Shown here: positions 40,105 to 48,171 of the stretch, piece after piece
How the letters are laid out: every line of letters begins with the position of its first letter
Position numbering within the stretch: the stretch's first letter is position 1
DNA from: an uncultured virus (IMG/VR IMGVR_UViG_3300031133_000403)
Lineage: Duplodnaviria > Heunggongvirae > Uroviricota > Caudoviricetes
DNA: 64,000 nt
Strand: one strand, 5' to 3'
IMG/VR virus record: IMGVR_UViG_3300031133_000403
Made by a program: the position numbers and the translations under genes
The notes under the pieces: model-generated
Told to the model about the DNA's origin: nothing
Database searches by the model: none
Seen by the model: only the letters and a program-made list of their open reading frames with translations

Positions 40105-40598
40105 TTCGCGGTCCCCGGGCGCACGGGGTTGCGCATGGGCTCCGCCTTCTGCCTGGTCAGCGCCAAGGTCGTTCCCGCGCCGGACACGTTGAGGACGTCC
40201 CCTGTGAACGCCCCGTTCCACGTCGCGTACGGCGACAGCGCGGAGCCGCCGCCCGTCGTCGTTCCCGACAGCTTTCCGTCCGGGGTCCAGTCGTATCGGC
40301 CCGACGCCATGTCCGTCAGGCTTCCATTCCTCGTGATCTGCAGCGACATGGTCTTCGCAGCGCCAAGCGTGACGTCGACCTTGTCCTCTCCGATCCGTCC
40401 GACCCAGCGCCCGGCCACCGACCGGTTGCGCATGACGCCCGCGTCGACCTTCCTGCCGTCCGGCACTTTCGCGGCGGCCACCTTGGAGACGTCGGGCAGC
40501 GCGACGCCTTCGCCCTTCGCTGGGTCGGCCTTGCTGCCGCAGGCCGACGCCAGCATGCAGCACCCGATCAGCGTCATTGCGGCAGTGCTTCTCTTCAT
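40101..40598 (-). CDS. Lipoprotein A' (cassette copy 2)
   Basis: Lipobox ASAC; paralog of 33484..33957. Confidence 0.8.
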   Translation of the reverse strand: MKRSTAAMTLIGCCMLASACGSKADPAKGEGVALPDVSKVAAAKVPDGRKVDAGVMRNRSVAGRWVGRIGEDKVDVTLGAAKTMSLQITRNGSLTDMASGRYDWTPDGKLSGTTTGGGSALSPYATWNGAFTGDVLNVSGAGTTLALTRQKAEPMRNPVRPGTAK

Positions 40599-40678
40599 GG
40601 TCCAGTCCTAAGTCGTTTCGTCCTTGTAGGATGGAATCGCGCCGAGGTCATCCCGCCTGCGCCCATGTGCTTCCGACG

Positions 40679-41830
40679 TCACCAGGGTCGCAGGACGCCT
40701 AGCCGCTCCATGGCCTGATCGATGATGATGGCGTGGTCGGCGTAGATCTCCGAGCGCATCAGCCGAACTTCGTCGAAGGTGAAGAAGCCGACGTCCGCCG
40801 AGGCGCGCACCCGCGGCAGCGCCATGGACTTGCGTCGCTGCTCGATCGTCTGGCCGCGCGGCGTCGGCGTCAGCAGGAACACGCTGGGGAAGGCGATGGT
40901 GCGTCCCTTGGTCGTGCGGTGCGGATCGGTGCGCGTCCAGCTGTCGCGCAGCGCCCGGCGCAGCGCCGTCTCGCTCAGGTCTATTCCGGTCCGGGCGATC
41001 GCGATGCGCACGGCCGCCTGCACCTCGCCCTCTCGCAGGTCGATAGGACCTTCCGGCAGCGACCAGTATCCCATGCCGGGATGGGACGGTCTGCGGTGCA
41101 GCAGCACGCGGTTGCCCTGCACGACCACCGCCGTCGCGTCGTTGAAGATGACGTCGTGCGGCAGGCCGGGTCCGTCCGGGCTCGTTCGGCGCCTCCACGC
41201 CAGAGCCGTCGCATCCTGCCTACTCGCCTCCTCGACCAGGCGCGCATAGGCCGGATCCCGTCGGAATCCGCGCAGCCAGTCGATCACGCCTTCCGGCACG
41301 CGGTCGCTTGCGCTCTGGGCCCACTCGTCCATGTCCGGCGTGCGGAAGTACGTGTCTCGCAGATCGGAGGCGTTGATGCCGTCGACGTTGGGCAGCTGCT
41401 CGAGGATGTAGTTCGGAAAATCGTCCAGGTAGAACGACGTCGCGTCCTTGCGATGCCCGAACAGCGCCACCGCCGCCGTGTCGGGATCGAGTCCCTCCTC
41501 GACCAGCACCTTCGACATGCGGTTCTCCACCGCCGACGCCCAGCGCAGCGGGTTGCCGAGATCCTCCTGCCCGAAGAATCTCACCCGTCCGAGCAGGTCG
41601 GTGGGAATCGCCGCCTCCCACATCTCGCGCCGTTCGCCGAACGTCCAGGCGTTGCGGGTGTCGCGCGACTGGTTCGCCGAGCCCACGCCTACAACGCCGA
41701 GACGCGCAGCCTCGATCGCGGCGAGCACGCCTGCCAGATGTCCGTTGGTGACCAGTTGGAACCGGCCCAGCATGAGGCCTGCGGCGTATTCGTGGGATGC
41801 GGGTCTTGGCCGCATGGTCAGCGTGGTCAT
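40679..41830 (-). CDS. nadM: NadM-type NMN/NaMN adenylyltransferase fused to a degenerate Nudix domain
   Basis: GRFQLVTNGH, GSAN..R..RN.WTF.ER, GHRKDATSFYL..FP, NAS.LR; Nudix-fold C-terminal half (LLHRR...PG.G.WSLP, R..KGRTI, DH..II) lacking RExxEE. Confidence 0.88.
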   Translation of the reverse strand: MTTLTMRPRPASHEYAAGLMLGRFQLVTNGHLAGVLAAIEAARLGVVGVGSANQSRDTRNAWTFGERREMWEAAIPTDLLGRVRFFGQEDLGNPLRWASAVENRMSKVLVEEGLDPDTAAVALFGHRKDATSFYLDDFPNYILEQLPNVDGINASDLRDTYFRTPDMDEWAQSASDRVPEGVIDWLRGFRRDPAYARLVEEASRQDATALAWRRRTSPDGPGLPHDVIFNDATAVVVQGNRVLLHRRPSHPGMGYWSLPEGPIDLREGEVQAAVRIAIARTGIDLSETALRRALRDSWTRTDPHRTTKGRTIAFPSVFLLTPTPRGQTIEQRRKSMALPRVRASADVGFFTFDEVRLMRSEIYADHAIIIDQAMERLGVLRPW

Positions 41831-41937
41831 GGTCGACTCTCCGGTCGTTGTCGCGGCGGGCCTCTTGCCCTGTGCGATCACGTCTTTTTCTACGTCATCC
41901 GGTCGGGATGTCCATCCCTTCCCATGATCGGGTCTCT

Positions 41938-42351
41938 CTATGCCTTCTTCATCGGCATCGCGTCGTCCACGACGATCAGCGTTCTCTTGGGATCGATGAG
42001 CGCGGCCGTGCCCGGTCCGAAGGTCCGGTCGATCTTCTCGGCGTGCTCCAGCAGTCGCGCGACCGTGACGCGTCCCTCCTCGAAGAAGCTCTGCACCCAG
42101 TAGCCCCGCGCCGTCACCGCCGTGAGGTGCGCGGGCGAATAGACGTGCCCGAAGCCCCGTATGCCGGCTGCGGGCCTCATGTGGCCCTTGAACCAGGCCA
42201 GGCGCGCGTTGATCTCGTTGCCCCGCCGCAGCTCGACCAGCACGTGCGCGCTCGATCCATGGTCGACACCGCCCATCCCGGGTTCGTGTCGGGCCTGCAC
42301 GATGCGATCCTCGTACCAGTGGCGTCGCGGACTGGTGGCGTTCTCGGTCAT
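41938..42351 (-). CDS. Hypothetical protein
   Basis: MTENATS... GAGGAG RBS. Confidence 0.55.
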   Translation of the reverse strand: MTENATSPRRHWYEDRIVQARHEPGMGGVDHGSSAHVLVELRRGNEINARLAWFKGHMRPAAGIRGFGHVYSPAHLTAVTARGYWVQSFFEEGRVTVARLLEHAEKIDRTFGPGTAALIDPKRTLIVVDDAMPMKKA

Positions 42352-42866
42352 GTCGTCTTCTCCTCGGTCGGTGTCAGATCCAGTTCGACGTATCCGTCGC
42401 CCTGCATTCTGACTTCGGTCACGCTCACGTCCTTCAGACCCGGAACTTCGATCAGGTCGATCAGGGGCATGCCGGGATTCATGGCCGCGACGACGGTTGC
42501 GGGAAGCATGTCCTCCGGCATCGTCAGTCTTCTGGACGAACCCCATCTCAGGTACGTGACCGCACCGATGTTCATCACCAGATGCGGTGGATCGAAGTGC
42601 TCGAAGCTGAATCCGGGCATGGTCGGCGGAAAGCCGCTCATCCTGTAGTATCCGGTCGTTCCGGGTTCGCCGGGCTCCCACAGCCATCCATCGACGTCCA
42701 CGTCGGCGTCGCATTCCAGAAGGGTCACGTCCACCTCGTGGATTGCCGCCTGCGCCGTGAAGACCTCGTCGTCCCAGGGATGCCGCATCCCGGCGCCGAT
42801 CGCCTGCGCCCCGTGGAGTGCCAGCGCCTGCGCTATGGTCTCGCGGTCTCCGTCCCCCGTAGTCAC
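42348..42866 (-). CDS. Hypothetical protein, LPDT-domain paralog family
   Basis: MLPATVVAAMNPGMPLIDLIEVPGL motif. Confidence 0.65.
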   Translation of the reverse strand: MTTGDGDRETIAQALALHGAQAIGAGMRHPWDDEVFTAQAAIHEVDVTLLECDADVDVDGWLWEPGEPGTTGYYRMSGFPPTMPGFSFEHFDPPHLVMNIGAVTYLRWGSSRRLTMPEDMLPATVVAAMNPGMPLIDLIEVPGLKDVSVTEVRMQGDGYVELDLTPTEEKTT

Positions 42867-43372
42867 GCCGCCCGCGACCGCTTGATGCCTTCGATCGACG
42901 CCGCCAGCACCGTCCACCACATGTCGTGCGCCAGCTGCAGGTGGCTTCGCTTGTCCGGGTGCATGATGTTGACGGTGAAGACGATCTGCGGATCCTCGGA
43001 CATCGCCGGCACCGTCGTCCAGTGCGCGTCGAACACGTCGATCTCGTACAGGTCTCCGGCGCTCAGCGGCAGGCCCTCGGTGATGCCGGCGGCATGCAGG
43101 GCGTCCGAATGCAGACGGTGCCCATCGGAGCGCAGCACCAGGCCGTAGATGCGCATGCCGGCGAGCATGGCGGGATCCTTGCCCTCGGCGTCGGTGTGCC
43201 GGCCCACCGCCTGGTTCGCGGCGCAGACCTCGACGGCTTCCGTCTCGAGACCTTCCTCCCCCATGCGGATTCTCAGGTACGCGGCGTCCGCCTTCCCCTG
43301 CGCCCATGCCAGCATGGCGGACGATGGAGCGTGCTTGGTCCTGGTGACCTTCGGAATGAACGGCTTGGGCAT
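42863..43372 (-). CDS. Hypothetical protein
   Basis: MPKPFIPK... AGGAG RBS. Confidence 0.6.
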   Translation of the reverse strand: MPKPFIPKVTRTKHAPSSAMLAWAQGKADAAYLRIRMGEEGLETEAVEVCAANQAVGRHTDAEGKDPAMLAGMRIYGLVLRSDGHRLHSDALHAAGITEGLPLSAGDLYEIDVFDAHWTTVPAMSEDPQIVFTVNIMHPDKRSHLQLAHDMWWTVLAASIEGIKRSRAA

Positions 43373-43404
43373 TGATGGTCTCCTGTCGATGTGGGTGCGC
43401 CGGG

Positions 43405-44502
43405 TCAGCCGCCGCGGTAGCGCTGGATGTCCCAGTTCAGATGGTGATGGCCCGAAGGACGCGCGATCGGGTCGGGGTCCTTGTTCTCGTACCAGTTCTT
43501 GGTCGTGTAGACGGCCTGTCTGCCGCCGATCCTGATCCAGCTCCGCAGCAGATCGTGCAGGCGCGGCGGCACGTCGACCTTCGGCATCGGCGTGGGCTTC
43601 TCGTGCGGCAGCCACAGGCGCCCGATGTCCGATGCGATGGCGGCCAGGTCGTGATCGGCCATGGCGTCCTCGAACACCGCGAGATAGTCCCGCTGCTCCG
43701 GTCTCAGATCGTCGTAGGCGAGATAGGTGATGCCCAGCGTCAGACGGTGCGTCGTCTGTTCGACGCCGTCCACCTGGTGACGATTCACGACGTCCGGGTG
43801 CGGCGCTCCCGCCATCCGGATGGCTCCGCGTTCCACGAGGTCCACCCGCGCCGTGCTGGCGTTGCGCGCCGCCACCTCGATCGCGCGTATGATGAGTATG
43901 CCCTCCCCCAGGGGGATGGCACCCGCGGACCCGGGCGCATGCGTGTCTCCGTCGCAGGAGATCAGGAGACCGGCCGCGTGCGCGAACGCCGTGCTCGTCT
44001 CGATGCGCGCCAGGTCGACCCTGAGCCTGTCGATGATGTCGCCGTGCCCGAGCTGTTCGCGTTCGTACAGCCGTCCGATGGCGTGCTGGTGCAGTGCGAT
44101 GCCCGCGATGGTCGACCGGTACTCGACGTTCCGGCGATGCACTTCGCAGATCTCGCGCCGCATGACGATCACGCGCTCCTCGACGTCGTCGGCGACGAAG
44201 ATGTCCGGACACATGCGCGTCACGTCGAACGTGGTCGTGGTCCGCGAGCCCCGCTTGCGCAGCCTCTCGTCGCAGGTCACCAGCGTGTCGCGCTGCATGC
44301 CCTCATGCAGTATCCGTCGCATGTCGCCGACCGTCAGACGGTTTCGTCGGATCATGTCCCAGGCCTGTCGCGTCCAATGCTCGTCCGAATCCGGTCGCCA
44401 TCCCGCTTCGATGCGCCGCAGCGCCGTGCTGATCGCGTGCCTGGTGGGAATGAGCTCGGCGCCGCCGTCGAAGATCTCCATCGGCGCGGGTGCGCTCGCC
44501 AT
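43405..44502 (-). CDS. Hypothetical protein, paralog of 15398..16429
   Basis: IPTRHAI, HAIGRLYERE, LGITYL, WLPHEK. Confidence 0.7.
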   Translation of the reverse strand: MASAPAPMEIFDGGAELIPTRHAISTALRRIEAGWRPDSDEHWTRQAWDMIRRNRLTVGDMRRILHEGMQRDTLVTCDERLRKRGSRTTTTFDVTRMCPDIFVADDVEERVIVMRREICEVHRRNVEYRSTIAGIALHQHAIGRLYEREQLGHGDIIDRLRVDLARIETSTAFAHAAGLLISCDGDTHAPGSAGAIPLGEGILIIRAIEVAARNASTARVDLVERGAIRMAGAPHPDVVNRHQVDGVEQTTHRLTLGITYLAYDDLRPEQRDYLAVFEDAMADHDLAAIASDIGRLWLPHEKPTPMPKVDVPPRLHDLLRSWIRIGGRQAVYTTKNWYENKDPDPIARPSGHHHLNWDIQRYRGG

Positions 44503-44793
44503 GGCTTTTCTCCCCTCTATGTGTTCCTCGCCGCTCCGACTTCCGTCGGGCGTCTCGTGCGGATTCTCAGCCGAACGTTCCCGCCGGCATCGCGACGATG
44601 GCCAGCATCGCCGCCAGCGTCGCGAGCACGGGCAGCACGAACATCCACAGCCAGATCTCCTCGGCCTTCACCGCGCTCCTGGACGCATCCCCCTGGATGC
44701 CGGCGACGACGTCGATGCGCCGCTCGACCATCGTCAGCTTGTCCATCAGCGCGTCGAACCCGGCGTCCGCACCGTCTGGCGCATGATTCGTCT

Positions 44794-45393
44794 TCACGAT
44801 TCGCCTCCCGCGGGACCGAGATCCTCGATCGTGACGCGGATGCGACGTCCAAGCAGCGAGCGCAGCGTTGCGTGAGACGTCCCGTCCGCCCTCTTCGCGC
44901 CGTCCTGCCATGACTGCAGTCGCACGAACATGTGCGGATCGTCGGCGCCCACGACGGTGGTGATCTCCGCGATCATCGCCTGGCCACCGTCCTCGATCGA
45001 GTCCGCGTCGGTCGGCAAGTCGCCCTCCACGCGGTAGGCCACGCGATTGACGGCGCCGCTCCACGGCGTATGACCGCGCAGCATCTCCGTCAGCTCCGCC
45101 TTCGCCTCCGCCGACCGCGCCTGGATGACGTACGACCACCAGGCCGAGCCCGACAGCCGGTCGTGATCGAGCCCGTCGATGAGCCAGTCGTCGTCGTTCA
45201 CGCCGTCGAACTTCTTGAAGACGCGATTGTGCTCGTCGGCCGCCGCCGCCCGTTCGTCGTCGGTCCCGTTCCCGGCCGGAAGCGTGAAGACGACGTGCGC
45301 GCCCATCTCGTCTCCGGCTCCGAAGGTCATTTTGACGACCCGGACGTCCAGGACGTCGAACAGGATCGCCGGGTTGTTCCTGGTGATGCTCAT
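44794..45393 (-). CDS. Hypothetical protein
   Basis: MSITRNN... 199 aa. Confidence 0.6.
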   Translation of the reverse strand: MSITRNNPAILFDVLDVRVVKMTFGAGDEMGAHVVFTLPAGNGTDDERAAAADEHNRVFKKFDGVNDDDWLIDGLDHDRLSGSAWWSYVIQARSAEAKAELTEMLRGHTPWSGAVNRVAYRVEGDLPTDADSIEDGGQAMIAEITTVVGADDPHMFVRLQSWQDGAKRADGTSHATLRSLLGRRIRVTIEDLGPAGGES

Positions 45394-45409
45394 TCTGCCT
45401 ATCCTTCGG

Positions 45410-46189
45410 TCAGGCCGCGATCGGCGCGTAGGTGCCCGCGGGGAATTCGCGGACCTTAAGGTCGTCGGGGAACGTGTCCCACTCCTCGTAGGTCCTGGGG
45501 TGATCCGCCTCGGACAACTGCTTGAAGTGGTACGCCGTGCCGCCCGTTCGCGCCTGTCCAAGCAGGTCTCGCGCCCATGCGATGTCGAAGTGCCGCGCGT
45601 TGCCGCCGCTTTCTCCGCCCACCACGATCATGTCGAGCGCGCGCATCTGGTCGGGCTGGATCGCGACGGCCTCGATCAGTGGCTCCATCGACAGCCAGCG
45701 CACGCGCGCCGGCACCGCCAGCAGCTTGGCTATGTCGCGGTCGGCCTCCGCCTGCGTGACGATCGACGCTCCGAGCCACACGTTGCCGGGCAATGCGCCG
45801 CCGAAGTCCTCCGCGATCATGCGCTGGACGTTCCCGATGCGCTTGGTGAGGAGCATCCAGTCCAGCATCGGCGTCTCGCGGATCAGCTGGGCCAGATCGC
45901 GACGCCACTGCGGATCGATGGCGTTGTCGAATACGTCGGCCAGCGATGCGCAGAACACCCGACTGCGCAATCCCGAAGACAGTGCCTCGCGCTGCCACTT
46001 GCGCACCTTGTTCCAGTTGGATTCGACGGTTCTGCGGCGCGGGGCTCCCGGCCCCCAGTGCTCTCCGGCGCTGAACCTCTGATCCCAGGTCTCCGCATAG
46101 CAGTTGTCGCAGCCTGGTCCGACCTTCTGACATCCGATCCATGGGTTGAAGGTACGCATCGCCCAAGAAATAGTGGTATTGTCGCCCAT
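45410..46189 (-). CDS. DUF5131 / phage Gp37-Gp68 family protein
   Basis: TFNPWIGC.KV.PGCDNCYA, VFCASLADVF, LLTKR, NVWLG, SMEPL, IVVGGESG, FKQ motifs. Confidence 0.9.
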   Translation of the reverse strand: MGDNTTISWAMRTFNPWIGCQKVGPGCDNCYAETWDQRFSAGEHWGPGAPRRRTVESNWNKVRKWQREALSSGLRSRVFCASLADVFDNAIDPQWRRDLAQLIRETPMLDWMLLTKRIGNVQRMIAEDFGGALPGNVWLGASIVTQAEADRDIAKLLAVPARVRWLSMEPLIEAVAIQPDQMRALDMIVVGGESGGNARHFDIAWARDLLGQARTGGTAYHFKQLSEADHPRTYEEWDTFPDDLKVREFPAGTYAPIAA

Positions 46190-46204
46190 TGTCCGTCCCT
46201 TGTA

Positions 46205-46972
46205 TCAAAGTACTAGTATGTTGCCAACTCTCACGTTGTCAGAAGCAAGTCTAAACCAAGTGTGACCTGAATCTCCATCAGGTGTTTCGGCTGTTAATAT
46301 ACGACGATTGTCGAGTGCAGGAATGATGCTCGCGACTTCACCGAGTCTGCGTCCCGCCACGTGCATCAGCACGCTCTGCGGCAGTTCCTGGGGAAGCACC
46401 AGCATGCAGCCGGTCATCTCCATCGATCCGATGCGCACGCTCGGACTGATCACCGTGCCCTTCAGCGCGTGCAGGTGACGCAGACCGCCGTTGGCGTGCC
46501 GCACGGCGTCTCGCAGTTCGTCCGCCACCGCCCACGTGTCGCCGCCGTGCCTGTCGAGCAGCATCTGCAGCCCGGCGCGATCGCATTTCAGATGGCCTAT
46601 CTCGGTCAGGGGCCCGTCGCCTTCCGGCAGCCGCACGTCGCGCAGCGCGAAGGGGTGGTGCGACCCGTGCCGGATCCCCTCTTTGCGACGCGAGCGCTGC
46701 GACGTCGCGAACCTCTCGATGTCCTCCTCCGGCGCATCCACGTCTCTGATGGTCACGAGCTGCACGACGCCGTGCAGGCTGGCGCTCCAGCCATGCATGA
46801 GCAGGTGCGCCCCCTTCAGGATCCTCGGATGCGCGTGGCGTCCCGTTGCGGACGCGCGCGCCATCGTCCGGCGCGTCTCGGCGCGTATCACCTCCACGCC
46901 GCCTATGCCCGACAACGTGCGTCGTCCGATCTCGGCGATGCGCTCGAGTTGCGCCACGCTTGGTGCGTTCAT
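46205..46972 (-). CDS. Hypothetical protein, LPDT-domain family (GWSxSLH subfamily)
   Basis: HGWSASLH; ELPQSVLMHVAGRRLGEVASIIP; 3' end AT-rich. Confidence 0.7.
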   Translation of the reverse strand: MNAPSVAQLERIAEIGRRTLSGIGGVEVIRAETRRTMARASATGRHAHPRILKGAHLLMHGWSASLHGVVQLVTIRDVDAPEEDIERFATSQRSRRKEGIRHGSHHPFALRDVRLPEGDGPLTEIGHLKCDRAGLQMLLDRHGGDTWAVADELRDAVRHANGGLRHLHALKGTVISPSVRIGSMEMTGCMLVLPQELPQSVLMHVAGRRLGEVASIIPALDNRRILTAETPDGDSGHTWFRLASDNVRVGNILVL

Positions 46973-47058
46973 GGGAAACCTCCGGTATCGGGTTCTGGGA
47001 TGGGGCTTTTCACCCTCCAACCCCTTCTCGCGATCCTTCGATCAGTCGGGGTTCGTGT

Positions 47059-48039
47059 TCAGGTCGCTGGAAACAGCACGGTCACGACCGTCTCGTCGCC
47101 CACGCGCTGCATCGAATAGGTGCCGCCGATCTGCGCCGCCATGGCGCGAAGCAGGCGCGTGCCCATGCCGGTGCCTTTCGGCTTTCCGCCGTCGGGGCCC
47201 ACGCCGTCGTCCCTGATCTCCAGACGCATCATGTTGTCCGGCACCCGACTCAGGTGCGCCTGTATGGTCCCGACCCTGTCCTCCGGGAACGCGTACTTGA
47301 TGGCGTTGGCGACCGCCTCGTTCACCGTCAGGCCGACGACGGATGCGGTGCGCAGCGGCAGCGATGCCTCCTCCACGTGAGCCTCGATCGATATCGGTCG
47401 CATGCCGAGATGGGTCGCCCTCAGATCCTGCACCACCTCGTTGAGGAACGATTCCATCTCGACGTCCGCGCCCTCCTTGTCCGGCATGTGCAGGCGCTGG
47501 TACAGGCGGCTCAGCACGGCGATCCGCTCCGACATGGCCCGCGTGGCGGCCTGCGGATCCGAACTGTTGCGCCCGTATATCGACATGACGGCGGCCAGCG
47601 CCCCGAGATCGTTCCTGATGCGGTGCACGATCTCGGCGTACTGACCGTCGCGCATCTCGGCGGCCCGCTCCATCGACTCGATCCTCGCGGCCATGCCGTC
47701 GCGTCCGCGTCTGGCCGACCTCACCGACCATATGGTCGCCGACCCGACGGACAGCATGATGGCCAGGCCCATCGCCTGTTCGGGCTTGGCGATCGCGACG
47801 CCCTCGCCTTCGAGAACGAAGTAGGCGAGGCCCACGGCCGTCGTACCGAGCGTCGCGCCCGCCGTGACCGGACCGCAGCGCCACGAGATCGCCGCGACCG
47901 TCGCGAGAATGACCGGGTAGGTCTGGCCCGGATAGCCGTGGAAGCCGTAGTACGCGATGGCGACCAGCGCGATCGTCGCCACGCAGGCGGTGGCGATGCA
48001 CGGTGCCATTGTCTTCATGAGGGGCCAGTGTCTGCGCAT
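47059..48039 (-). CDS. Membrane sensor histidine kinase (HisKA_2/HWE-type), no adjacent response regulator
   Basis: N-terminal TM helices; EIVHRIRND H-box, NEAVANAIKYAF N-box, DDGVG, GMG; AGGAGG RBS. Confidence 0.88.
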   Translation of the reverse strand: MRRHWPLMKTMAPCIATACVATIALVAIAYYGFHGYPGQTYPVILATVAAISWRCGPVTAGATLGTTAVGLAYFVLEGEGVAIAKPEQAMGLAIMLSVGSATIWSVRSARRGRDGMAARIESMERAAEMRDGQYAEIVHRIRNDLGALAAVMSIYGRNSSDPQAATRAMSERIAVLSRLYQRLHMPDKEGADVEMESFLNEVVQDLRATHLGMRPISIEAHVEEASLPLRTASVVGLTVNEAVANAIKYAFPEDRVGTIQAHLSRVPDNMMRLEIRDDGVGPDGGKPKGTGMGTRLLRAMAAQIGGTYSMQRVGDETVVTVLFPAT

Positions 48040-48171
48040 TCGACCTCCTTCTATGTTCACTCGACGCGGATTCCTAGCCGCCTCCGAAGGGGTGATTCGA
48101 ATGGCGGTGCGCCTCGTCCGCCGGCATGACCCTTCATCGGGTGTCATGCCGGCGTCGATGACTTCGACCCC

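Noticed and set aside
33484..40598. Shufflon or invertase-controlled phase-variation locus
   Set aside because: No recombinase gene or short inverted crossover sites were seen; both copies are complete, diverged genes with their own starts.
46150..46335. Diversity-generating retroelement variable region
   Set aside because: No reverse transcriptase or template repeat was seen, and the changes enrich A/T at synonymous sites rather than replacing adenines.
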